Assembly: GCA_964234715.1 (NCBI GenBank)
Contig: OZ174277.1
Strand: one strand, 5' to 3'
DNA: 64,000 nt
DNA from: Podarcis melisellensis
Lineage: Eukaryota
The translations under genes were made by a program, and so were the position numbers. The notes under the pieces were generated by a model. That model did no database searches, was not told where the DNA came from, and worked only from the letters and a program-made list of their open reading frames with translations. How positions within the stretch are numbered: position 1 is the first letter of the stretch; each line of letters begins with the position of its first letter. This document shows, in pieces, positions 38,647 to 51,005 of the stretch.

Positions 38647-41451
38647 GCTTAGCTAAAGTTAAAGCTCTCTGACTGATTTCAGTGTGGTGGCATTGACCAG
38701 ATGATTAAAATTTGACGCAATTGCAATGAAATCATTGCAATTATAGGTGCTTAATTTTGGTTGGCTTCTCCCCCAAAGCCACAGCCCAACACAGAGTTCA
38801 GCATCAGAGTTGTGGCAGATGATTGCTGCTGAGAAAGCAAATGCTTTCTCCTATAGTAACCTGTCTAAAATATAAAGCACCAAATCCTTAGGAGAGAAAA
38901 TGGGGAACCTGTAGTCCTCTGGGAAGTGTTGAACTTCAACTCCCATCAGCCCCAACTAGTCTGCCAATGGTTGGAGAGGATGAGAAGTGCAGTCCAACCT
39001 CTGTGGAAGGCTGCAGGTTCCCCATCCCCACTCTAGCACATCAGGGAGACATATCCTAACCTAGCCTGTTCCATCTTTAGCTAGTTTCTTCTTGCATGGT
39101 GGTGGTATCTCCAGCTTCAAGGCATTGTGAACACATTTGCTTCTGCTGTCACTTGCAGTCTTACAGTGGCAACAACTGAAAACACCTTAGGACAACATTT
39201 AGGAGCCCTTGAGGGGAAAAACAATGGGTGAAATTTCTCTGGCCAAAATAGGGTGGAGAATTTTGCAAGACTGTGCACAGCTCACCAATCATTTTAAAAG
39301 GCTTCGAGATCTAGTTTATGTGTATTCTGAATTTATTTTACATATTCTGTTTATGGAAACTTGTTTATACAAAACTACATGACTTGATGCTTTTGTTAAT
39401 CATAAAAATTAGCTGAAAGTTGATTCGCGCACTCTTCAGCAGCATGGGCATATGGACTTATACATGCACATACAATAGAGAGCCCACAGCCTATCCTAGA
39501 AGAGTAGCCCTGTAAGTCCGCTGCACCAAAATTCCATGAGGATGTGGCATCTTAAAAACGAATAGATTTATTGTGGCACCAGTTTTTCTGAACCACTCCA
39601 TCAGATCCCAGTTCTTTGTGTGCATGAGTTACATTCTTATGAGAACATGTAAAATATTTTCTTTGTACCCATAAAGTGTAGTGTGTGAAATGACCCTTAA
39701 CTCTCATTTAAATATTCTTGTTCATTCTTTTAAAGAACACTCAGTTTTACCATGTTAACACTGTATTGGGTTCCAGTATTTGGAACACAAGCTGGTTGAA
39801 TACCAAATCTCATTGGCCATGGTTCATCTGCTGCTTTCCAGTATTCTGAAGATTTGCAAGGACCAGGCCAGCAGACTTATTCTCACAGGGATGTTGGTTT
39901 GCTGCCATGGGAAGTAAACGAGTGTCATGAGCATAATGGCTCATATCCAACTAAGAATGGATTGCACTGAAGAAATCAATAGAAACGTTAAGAGCCACAA
40001 ACTTTAGCCTGATGGATTTCAGTGAACCTCCTAAATACAACAAACTTTAGTTGGATGTGTGTGATGTGGGGAAAACCACATTGCAGGCCAGCTTGGACCC
40101 TCTAGCAGGCCAAGATTGACCCATGGGGTGGAGATTTCCCACCCCTGGTATGGAGTATACACCAAGTATAGAGTATTGTGGTATAGAGCATCCTCCACAT
40201 CTTTGTATGTGCTTCTCCCATTCCCAATGCCCCCCATGCTTAGGACTCTCAATCTTGGGGATGATTCTAATCACATTCACCACATTCTTTTAAGCACATG
40301 GGTAGGGTAGGGTTTATGTATGTACAAGCTACAAGTGCTAGGCTGTGTATGAAAGATCAGATGGAAGATCAGTGCAATCCACTTCTATACGTTGTATATA
40401 CTTATTCACTGGTAATCTAATAAGGGAAACTGTTACACACAGAGATGACTGAAAACAAACCAAAATACCAAGTGGCTGTGTAGTGCCAAATCCTTTGTTT
40501 ATTTACTATATATGTCTCCTATTTTAATGATCATATTTTCCTAGAAAATGCATCCTACTCAAATATGCATTAATAATTAGAAAGTAAAACAAAAACATCT
40601 GGAACTGATTGAAATGTTGTATAACAGTGAATATGTATTATATAGAATCAGTTGTAGCACACCAGTACATAGATATTCATATGAAACCTTAAATCAGCAT
40701 GCCAGTCTCTTATATAAAACCTTCCATTGAAATTCTACATGAGCACTGTCTGGCTATATATTGTGCAATGTTCCAACACTATCACCAATCTAAACTTAAA
40801 TTGTCACAGCCCAAAATGTATGAAATGGAAAATGCATATATAAGCTGCATAAGGTCCCCCGCCCCCTGCCTTTTGAACTAGGTGATTTAAAGAGCTGGAC
40901 AATCATTTCAGGCCAGCTTCAAAGTGGGTGTTTTGTTTTTATTTATTTGTGTACAGAGACTTTTCATTCTGCAATATAGGAAGAACAGAAACGCTGAACA
41001 GATCTGTAAAGAACAGCCGAGCAAAGGGGGAGACAGCTCTGGTGGACATTAATGAATCTCAAAGGAGGTGGAAAGGTGAAAAAGACAGAAAACTCTGTTC
41101 TGGGGAAGGAACAGTGCTTTGTTTTTAATTATCACTAACTGAAAATAATATTTCAATGAAAGCATTTCAGTCCCAGTTGGCCAGAATGATTTGTGCCATT
41201 CCCTAACTAGTTGTGCAGAGCTTACATAGTTAGAATAGAGAAGCAGAAGAATCTGAGACTGAACACAGTGACAAATTAGAAACACACACAAGCCTATGTG
41301 CTAGAAGCACTGTGGTCAAGGGAGCCATGGCCTCCCACCTTTGAAAGCTTCCTGTACAATTAACATATGAAAGAGAGTGCAGGGAAGTGGCTCTAGCAAT
41401 GCCTGTAATTTTGTCTGCCTTTGCAGGGCCAGTTCAATACATTTTGGCACA

Positions 41452-42315
41452 TTTGAACCACAGAATGACCGCTCCCCACATTAAATGGGGAGCACTCTTT
41501 GTGTGGTCACGCGCAGCCCCCTGGACCTTATGCGGCACCATTAGCACAGGCTTGGCTTCGCCATCCCCAGGTGGGATAACTGGAGGTCTCCACCTACCTC
41601 AGCCTGTTGCCCAATCCCACCTGGGGAGGCGTTGTCAAGGTGATCAGGCCAGATAGGGGAGGGGACCACCTGCCCACACAATAGGGGGAGGATCTTACCT
41701 GGGAATCGTCAGTTGGCTCCAGAGCTTCTCCCACCCTACCCACCCTCAGTTAAGACTTCTTTTGCAGGTTAACCTTTTCTCCACAGGTACGCGGGCGCTG
41801 CTACGTCAAGGTCACTGTTGAAGGGCCAGAAAGGAATTCTCCTGCATTGGCAGGTTTGCCTTTCCTGTAGCAAAACGTCACAACTTTGGAGGTATCGGGC
41901 CTTGGGCATAATCCTTTAGTCTATCTTCCCTAAATGGGGGTGGGCATGTGGCGGTGACCCACACCCCCTCCTCTTTACGGCGGCGATACCAGGGTTCCCC
42001 GTTAAAAGGGTTTTGAGGGGAGGCTTTGGACATATGACTAGAGGTTGTCATTACTCTCCCCTGCAATGGCAGCGTAATGGGGGTGGGCTCTCTCTGCTAG
42101 AACGTATGTTCTCCAGAGCCAGCCCATCCCCCACAAACACTGGATAACCCTGATGTTCCCCAGATCCCCGGCGGGGGACTGGGAGGGATAAATGCCTGAG
42201 CCAAGGTCTACCCACATCTGAAACATAATAAAGTTGAGGCCAATTTTAATCCCATAGCACATTGTCTTGAGTTGTTATTCCACACGGGTTTGGGGGACTT
42301 CACCTGTCCACGCAA
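41452..42315 (+). mobile_element. Unclassified GC-rich terminal-repeat-like element (solo LTR or DIRS/Ngaro-type repeat)
   Basis: Abrupt GC/CpG-rich block; GATAAA at 42187 and AATAAA at 42227 followed by a GT-rich tract; no TSD found; boundaries approximate. Confidence 0.4.
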
Positions 42316-42651
42316 TGGCAGCTCTCTCCCTGCCAGGGAAGAAGAGGTTAGTGAAAATCTGCATCAGGGCCAAGAGGGGAATAAAATCTATGTCGGGATC
42401 CACTATCCCTCTGGATCCTGCTGCCTGAGGCAGTCAGTTCACCTTACCTCATAGGTGGGCCAGCCCCACTTTCACACCACTCCTGAAACTTCATTGCAAA
42501 CTGTGTTCACAATGCTGCCATTGGTTTCTGGGGAATGTTGATTGGGGATGGTAGAGTCAGATTGTGATGGGGTTCGAGATGTATGTTCACAGTTGTGTAT
42601 GTATTAATTTAAGGATTTGTCTGCCACCTTTAAGAAACAAAATCTTTTCTT

Positions 42652-43551
42652 AAAGTTGCTTAAGCAGTTGGTCCCTTACCTTTCCTGCCCCAACCTGGCC
42701 ACAGTGATCCATGCGACAGTCACCTCCAGGCTTGACTACTGTAATTCGCTCTACGCGGGGCTGCCCTCGAAACTGTCCCACAAACTCCAGCGGGTGCAGA
42801 ATGCTGCAGCGAGGCTCCTCATGGGGTCCCTGCCATGGAAGCATATTCAGCCAGTGCTTTACCAGTTGCACTGGCTCCGGTGGAGTATAGGGTCAGGTTC
42901 AAGGTGCTGGTTTTGACCTTTAAAGCCCTTTGTGGCTTAGGGCCCTCATATTTACTGGACTGCCTCTCTTGGTATGCGCTGCAGAGGACCTTAAGGTCCA
43001 TGAATAACCATAGTTTAGAGGTCCTGGGCCCTAAGGAAGTCAGAATATCATCCACCAGGGCCAGGGCCTTTTCAGTGATGGCTCCAATCTGGTGGAATGC
43101 TCTGTCCCATTAGACTAGGGCCCTACAGAATTTAACCTCCTTTCACTGGGCCTGTAGGACAGGGCTATTCCGCCTGGCCTTTAATTTGAATTTGAAAAGC
43201 CTGATCTTTTATTTCCCTTCTCTTCCCTCCCCCTCCCCTTTTATGAAGATTACCCACTCTGAGACCCCACAGCTAATTCTCCCCTGGCCTCCTCACTGGC
43301 CCAAGTAGGATGAATTCAGCCAGCTAGCCCTGGTGACTATCTAATCTTTATTGGATGGATTTCTCCCAAATTGATTTTTGAACTTTGAATTTTATTGTCA
43401 TTCATCCTTTTATACTGTATTTTGTGCTGCTTCTATGTTGTATTACAATTAAGTGTTTTAAATTTGTTGTTAGACACCCTGAGCCCGGTTTTCTGAACCA
43501 GGAAAGGCGGGGTATAAATAAAAATGTATTATTATTTATTATTTATTATTA
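42652..43551 (+). mobile_element. 5'-truncated, frameshifted L2 LINE (second family, longer 3'UTR)
   Basis: SRLDYCNSLYAGLP..LQRVQNAAARLL, frameshift near 42877, then YRVRFKVLVLTFKAL..RAFSVMAPIWWNAL; ends GGCGGGGTATAAATAAA plus a (TAT)-rich tail. Confidence 0.9.
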
Positions 43552-44970
43552 TGAACAATACCATAAAAACCATTTGGAATATATATGTATATATGAAAAC
43601 TAAAACTGAAGAAGAGCTGCATAAATAAATCCCGTGCAGACCAACAAAACTGAGAATTGATACAGGCTTCTAAAAATTATTTCATTGGTAGCATAATCCT
43701 AAATATACAATAGACTTTGCAACAGCCTTGACAGAGTAGACATGATGGGAACAGGGGAGTTGTGTCTGTATCTCTGCTCTGTGGCTTATTGTTGATGCTG
43801 AGTAGATGTTTTAAGTTGGGAGGAGGGATGTCTGTAAGCAAGTACAAGTGCTTTCAGAGGGAAGTGGATCAATCTGTGCACTGGGGAGTTCCTATTGTTG
43901 GCTGCAGAACGAGTCTTTTATCTTCAATAGCCAATAATGAAACTTTTGGATTGTGAATAATGTGTTTAGGACTGGAAAATATTTGCATTAGTGCCCAATC
44001 CAGAAGCCACTTAGATTTAAACCAATTAAGTCTAACGGTAGTCAATAATGCTAATAGCCTCATCCTCAGTGCAGAATGTGAGCATGTGATTGGTTTCAAC
44101 TTCCAGGCAATGACTCAGGGTGCCAAAACATTTAAATCCACGTACTTAAATTTAAGCAGCTTGTAGACTTTTAGGAAATAAAAGTTTTGCTTGCTGGCTC
44201 ACAGTTGTATTTTGAAAAATGATGTGCAAAAGATAAGTACTCTTACAATATGAATTTTGTCCACTATCCCACAGCATTGTTTTTTATGTGTGGGGGAGGT
44301 GGAGAAGCAGACACAGGAATTTGCTTTACAGCATTGGTCCATCTAGTCAGGCCAGCCCTAGTATTGGGCAGTCTCTGGCGGTTGATTTTGAGTGCCACGA
44401 AGGGACAGCAGATTGTTACTATTGCATTTTTATTTCCAGGGTGAGGAGTAGAATTTTTTGTGGGACTGTTTCAGGTATCTAAATAACTTGGCCAGCATTG
44501 AGTACTCTGCACTATAACTATGGCCGAGGGGTGGGGATGGGAGCACCATTTGCTGCCTTGCCTCAGGCAATGAAATGACTTGGGTTGACCCAGCATCAAG
44601 CTCAACATTGTCTACAGTGACTCACAGCAGCCTTTAAGAATTTTGATGCTTCTCAGCCCTTTTCAAATATCCCAAGGATTGATCCCGTAACTTTCTCATG
44701 CAAAGCATGTACTCTTATTGCAGAAGTCCAGTCCCTCTCCTGAGGGGCCTGAGGTAGAAGCAGAATCCATATATGGATCCCTCCTTCCCAGTGTAGACTG
44801 CCCATGTTTCAGCAGGGTGCAAGTTTAATTGGTAATTACAAATGACAGGCTGTGTACAATGTATACCTTTAAAGCACACTCAGATTCTGGGCACTGTAGT
44901 TTATCTCTTACAAATGTGCTTCGAAAGGTAAAGTGTGTCTGCAGTCCCAGTAGAATACTTCTGTCTAGAA

Positions 44971-45263
44971 CAGGGGTAGGGAACCCAAGGCCCATGGGCC
45001 ACAAGGCGCCCACGAGGGTCGTTTAACTGGCCCACAAGCTGCCCCTGAACCGAGCTTCCCGCTCAGCGAGTCCCCATACCGTGCGCTAAATCGGCGCAGC
45101 CCGGAGACTCGCTTCCGTGGCACCAGAAATTGCGTCTGTGCAGACGCAGACAACAGAAATCACAGGTGTGCATGCTCACACACATGCACAATCCAGCCCA
45201 CGGAGGGATTTCCGCTGGAGTGAAACTGGCCCACCCAGGCAGGGCAAACCTTGCTGACCCCTG
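44971..45263. mobile_element. hAT-type MITE
   Basis: CAGGGGT...ACCCCTG ends with a perfect 8-bp TSD GTCTAGAA (44963-44970, 45264-45271); CpG-rich interior. Confidence 0.88.
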
Positions 45264-45416
45264 GTCTAGAAGGACTGGCACCTTCCTGTCATAGCAGGCA
45301 AAATTCAGCTGGTAAAGCTTTCCCCCTCACAGCATCTTACAAATGCTTTAAGCTGTTATGGGCACATGAATCCTGCCTGTTTGAATAAAGGTGAATGATG
45401 TCACCACATATATGTG

Positions 45417-45418
<2 letters not shown>

Positions 45419-45472
<54 letters not shown>
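45419..45472. repeat. (CT)n microsatellite
   Basis: Direct observation. Confidence 0.95.
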
Positions 45473-45477
<5 letters not shown>

Positions 45478-46194
45478 CCATCTCGGTGTCATTAATGGCA
45501 GTCGTCTGAGCAGAAAAGTGCCCCAGAGTGTGACACTACAGGAAAACAGTGTGGAAAAAAGGAGAAAAACAAACATCTTAGGAAAGAATGTGTTCAGACT
45601 TTCAAATGCATTCTTTGTCAAACATTGAAAGAATTTTGATTTAGTGGGACTCTCAAGTATGCCATTGGCAGCCTTTCTTTCTGAATGGGTTAGTTAAAAT
45701 ACACACCATGCCTGCCACCTTAATATTATTTTGAAATGCAAATGTTCACTGTTTAGTTTGCTTTTTTGATTAGGCAGTTTCAGTTCCAACAACCCCAACT
45801 AACCTATAGTTTTGTTTGCTCTGGATTCATTCGGCCCTCCCGGTAAAGAATAGCTATCATCCATTCAATTGTCCTTTCTCTTTGCTTTGCTTGCTCACTG
45901 CTATGACACTTTCTCCTCAAACAGCTCTCTCTCTTTACCAATCCATATCCTTTGTCATTCTGAAAACAATAAGCATGAGGAATGAAGTTTTCTTTTCCAG
46001 AACCTAATGGGATTCTAGCCCCCAGCCCAACTGTGGGTTTTTTTACTGCAGATTGCAAACCTTATTTTTACTCAAGATAGCAGGCATTTCTTGGCTCTGT
46101 GTTTTGTAATCTTCTCTAGATAAAACGAACAGGACCAGTGTTTGCACTTATACTAGAAAAAGCTAAAGTAAGGACAAAGAAACCCCCATGTTTA

Positions 46195-46378
46195 GGAACG
46201 TAGGAAGCTGTTTTTCACAGAGCCTGTTCCATCAAACTCCATATAGTTTTCGCTGACTTGCCGTCGTATTTCTGAGTTTCAGATCAGACAGTTTGCCAGC
46301 CTTACTCGGAGATGCCAGTGATTGAACCTTGGCTCTTTGGCCTGCAAAGTGGATGCTCTACTGCTGAGCTACAGCCCT
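46195..46378 (-). mobile_element. Decayed tRNA-derived SINE (same family as 59705-59850)
   Basis: GGAGATGCCAGTGATTGAACCT...CTCTACTGCTGAGCTACAGCCC is an antisense tRNA-like head; the tail GGAACGTAGGAAG is the reverse of TTCCTATGTT. Confidence 0.6.
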
Positions 46379-49111
46379 GTCTCAAAGCTATGGCCTTTCC
46401 CATAATCTTTGGAGCAAGATAGAGAAAGACAGCAGAAACAAGGGTGGCGTGTAGTGGCTCTTTCCCATCCTGATGTCCTTCAGGTATTTTACACTACAAC
46501 TCCCATCCTCAGTGACCATCAGCAGTGCTGACTTGGGCTGATGGGAGCTGTATTCTAAAAAATCTAGAAAGCACCAGTTTCAGGAAGTGTGGTGTTCAGG
46601 AAGGGGGAAAAAGGTGAAATTGCATGCAAGGTAAGAGCTTCTTTTCTTCCCAAGGCCAGAGCAGTCCTATGTAAAATAGAATAACCCACAACTATTATTG
46701 CTATCTCAGACCTTCTGAGATTACACACAGTATGATTGTAACTTCAGGTTGCCTTATTTTACAGCTGTGCCTTTGTGTCTATCTGTCTGGTGCCTCATTT
46801 GTGCATCAGTGTATGAATATACACCACTGTTTTTAGGGTGCTTTCTTATACATCACCATGCTAAAATTATCATGGTCCTGATGTGGCCAATATAAACACT
46901 AAGAAATGCCACTGATTTCAGTAGGAGAAATATGTGCTCAAGCCAAAATCAGTGGGACTAACTGTACTTAACATTTAGACTGACCCCGTATATTTCAAGC
47001 TTAAATATTCTGTACAAACATCGAAGGGTCAATATATATATATTTTCTCTCACCCCTTTTTAAAAGAAGTGCATGATTTGTTTCTGCTGTTCAAGTTCAA
47101 AGAATGTTCAATGCAAAATGAAAATGAAAGTACAGAAGAAGTACTGAGGAAGTGAAGCTGCCTGGAGGCTCACTGGTGAACACAGGGGACATTGAAGGGA
47201 GTGGGGAGAGCTAAAGAAGAGATTGCATGCGTGGAGCACTGTGCGCACATAGGATCCCCATGGAGCTTTGAATCTCTGCCAATGTGTGTGTATATTTCTA
47301 AGCCAGGCAGCAGCAGGCGCAGCAGGCAGCAAAAAGGTGCAGTTCTGCCGCATTAATCATTGGCTTATTCTGGGATTAATTTGAATCAAGGCTCACCAGG
47401 GCTTAGCTGTGGTAATTGTTTCAATTGCAAGGCTCAGCTCTGGGACGTTAGATGTAATAATAATAAAAGTAGAAACAATGCTGGTGAGCATGTACAGGCT
47501 GCTTTGGCAGTGTACAATCACAGCGTGTGGAGAAAACAAGGCTTTTCAAAAACTATGCAATAAAGTTCAATTTTTCCAGCCTCGTCTCCCTCCCTCCCTC
47601 CCTCTTTCACATATAGGCATCCTAGAGCAAAGGGAGGCAGACTTCAGGCTTGTGGGATCAACTTTGTGTGTTAGGAGAGCCCTGGGATCCACCAACTGGA
47701 GCCTGGTGCAAAAGGCACACACTTAGAGTGCCACTCACTGGGAAGCAGCTGTAAGTATAAACAGGGCTTGTCAATCTATCTGCGTTAATTAAAATGATGC
47801 AATACAGCTGAGTAATGTTTTATTCTACAATACAGTAACACACCAGAACCTATTATCTGCCACACAATACAGGCTTCTAATTATTCAGTTTTAAAAGTTT
47901 AACATTGTGCGCATACAATGGAGAATTCAGTTGGAAAGAATACAGTGGCTTACATGGAGTTATTCGGTGTTTGTTTAAAAAGCAAAATGTGGCCCCCTAG
48001 GGATTGCTTTGTCATTTTGTTTTGGTTTTTCTAGGACTTGAGATTTCTGCTATTGATATCAGGTTGTTCCCATATTTCAAGACTGAATTGAAATTCAAGC
48101 TGGGGAGTGCCAAGAGTAGCAGTAGCCTTTAACTGTTCCCCAGAGCTACCATTTGTCTAGTTTGGAATCAGGAAGAGGGCAATGGCAGGCTGCAATTGAT
48201 TTCCTTTTCGTTATAGCTTCTTATATGCTGCTAAAACCCATCCACTGGTACAGGGTACATATATATCATACATAACATTCCATGTACACAATCACATCTA
48301 TATTTGCCTGCCTGCCTTCTTTTTTCCTTTCTCTTCGTGGTTATGGATAGCATCAAAAACAGGTAAGTTCAACACATACTGCAACTATCTCTGGAAAATG
48401 TGCCTTGCTGATTACAGTAGCAATTCAAGAACCTGCAAAACTCCCCAGAAGTGACAGTGGATATCTGGTGAGTGTGTGCAGCACAGGTCATGATACCTCT
48501 GTCATACCAGTTCCAACTTTCTTAAAAACTGTTTTTTGTCTCCAGTCATGTAGTGTGTTGATTATGTCAGCTCCGTCTGCACTCATTCATAACTCCCCTG
48601 TTCCTCCTTAAACCACTTTTATTTAGGAAGTTTGATTTATTGATCTGAAATTTATAGACAACAAGCCTTGTATGCTATCCAACAAGCCTGGTTCCCAGGC
48701 AGCATACAATATGATAATTTCAATGGGACTTCTGTGGGAGCCTTATTTGGCTCCAAGCCGCCGTTTCAGCAGAAAGAAAAGCTAATTGATCTCCTGGAAG
48801 GAATCAACTATGCACCACAGTGGCATATCATCAATATCACTACCTATTTGGTTCTTGTTGTTCTTGTTTGGAAGGAGCTGTTTCCACACAACATATCTAG
48901 TTACATGGGAACGCGTCAAAAGTCCTGATATTTTCCCAGCAAATCCAAATATATGTTTGTAAAAATATCCTGAGATGGGGGCAGAGAGTCTTTTGAAGCA
49001 CCTTCCTCAAGTTTTATGACTCCCTGGGAGCTTTTTTGGCCGAACTCATCTGTTCAACGGACTTCTTTATTTATTGTTCCAGAGTGGTGTAGATATCACT
49101 TTAAACCACTG

Positions 49112-49114
<3 letters not shown>

Positions 49115-49192
<78 letters not shown>
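49115..49192. repeat. Compound (CT)n(GT)n microsatellite
   Basis: Direct observation. Confidence 0.95.
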
Positions 49193-49198
<6 letters not shown>

Positions 49199-50835
49199 CC
49201 ATATGGAACTCATTTTTTTCAACAGGAGAAAGTAGCCCTTCATTCAGCTTGTGAGGGAGATATATCAAGGTAACTTGGCCTCATCATGCAGTGTGCTTAC
49301 TCAGAACACACAACACACAGCCCTTAATGATACCAGCAGCTCCAGTGTTTCCCATGACTGATGGGACTGTGTCGTTTGCTCCCCCCCGCCCCTCTTTGGT
49401 CAGTGGCCTGATTTTGTCCTGAGTGTGGCTTGGCAGACAAGGGCCAAGGAAACACAAATGTAAAAGGACAGGCTCATCAAAGTTGCCTTTAATTCACTGC
49501 AAATTATTGCAGTTCTGTTTATTCCTGTTTCACGTCCCCCCCCCCCCTCCGGCTTCTCTTTCCCATTCCAAAGCAATTGTGTCATTTGCAGCCTTTGCCT
49601 TCGCTCAGCTCAGTGACAGCTGTGCGAACAAAGGCAAACCAACAGAAAGTGTTCCAGTCTTGCCATTGTTTGCCTTGCTCAGCTGATGGTTAAACAGCGA
49701 TTTTGAAACCAAACTGCTTATCTACAAGAGAAGAGAACTGGGCCATTTCCACCTTGATTATCATCTCCATTGTATTTGCCAGCTACATGGGCAAAAAGAG
49801 TTCCTCCTGATAACTGGGTGTATTTTTGCAGGATCTAAATTTTTATCTGCCAGTGCTCATATGGTTGTTTATTAATATTTACCTTCTGAAGGACAATTCT
49901 CCCATTGTTGCTGCAACCTGATCAATGTTATTTTCCCTTGGGTGTGTGTGGGTTGGGGAACAGTGCTTTTGATTGCGTGGAGAATTTCTTTCTGCAACAT
50001 GCCATATCAGATCTTTTACTGGTTTTTTGGTCAAAGGTTGGAGAGGTGGAATCCAAAAATGACTTCAGCCTAAATACTTTGACCACAAGCCAGTGCAGAG
50101 CAAAAACAGTTTATTAGCTTTAAATGCAAGGGTTCCCCAGTATCTCTTAATCTAAGGGTGCATCTAAACATGCATCCTTTGAGCAAGGGAGCTATAGTAG
50201 CAACACATCTTTCATTCTTATTAAAAGAGGATTAGACAAATTCACAGAGAAGGTTATCAAAGGCTACTAGCCATGACAGCTATGTACCAACTCCACAGAG
50301 ACAATGTGCCTCTGTATACCAGTTGTCACTGTTGAACTTATGCCCTGCTTGTGGGTTTCCCATAGGCACGTGGTTGACCACTTGTGCTGGACTTGATGGG
50401 CCTCCGGCCTGATCCAGCAGGGCTTTCCTTATGTACTTGCTCACCCTGTTTAGTTCATATGTATACTTTTCTCCCTAGAATGGAGTTCAGGGAAACCTTA
50501 GCTCTGTGTGTTTGGGGCAGAAGCTGGTGCTACACTGCATTGGATAGCCAAGGACTAGTGATGCTCTTGAACTTTTTGAAATTTGAGCGCTTAAGAAAAT
50601 GCTGAACAATATATCCAATAAGCAGGGAAGAGGTACTTTCAAAAATTAAAAAGGTGGCTACCCACCCAGAAACACATGGAAAGGTGCAAAGTAGATTACT
50701 TGATCAGCATAACATTTTCTGAGAGGCATATCTACTGAAACATTAGGACAGCAAGGAGAAGCTGGGCTTGATCCTACATCGAGGGAGGCATTTGAATAGA
50801 AGACTTACAAGACCCCAGCCAACTCTATGATTCTA

Positions 50836-51005
50836 AGGCTGTGTGCACACCATACATTTAAAGCACATTACATCCCTACCCCACTCCAGAATTCTGGGAA
50901 CTGTAGTTAACAAGAGGTTGTTGGGAATCTCTGAGGAGTAAACTACAATTCCCAAGATTCTTTGGGGAAGTCATGTGCTTTAAATGTATGGTGTGCACAC
51001 AGCCT
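50836..51005. mobile_element. Palindromic MITE (possibly PIF/Harbinger type)
   Basis: 33-bp TIR AGGCTGTGTGCACACCATACATTTAAAGCACAT with a perfect inverted copy at the right end; relatives near 14150-14772, 18445-18635 and 21195-21320. Confidence 0.78.
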
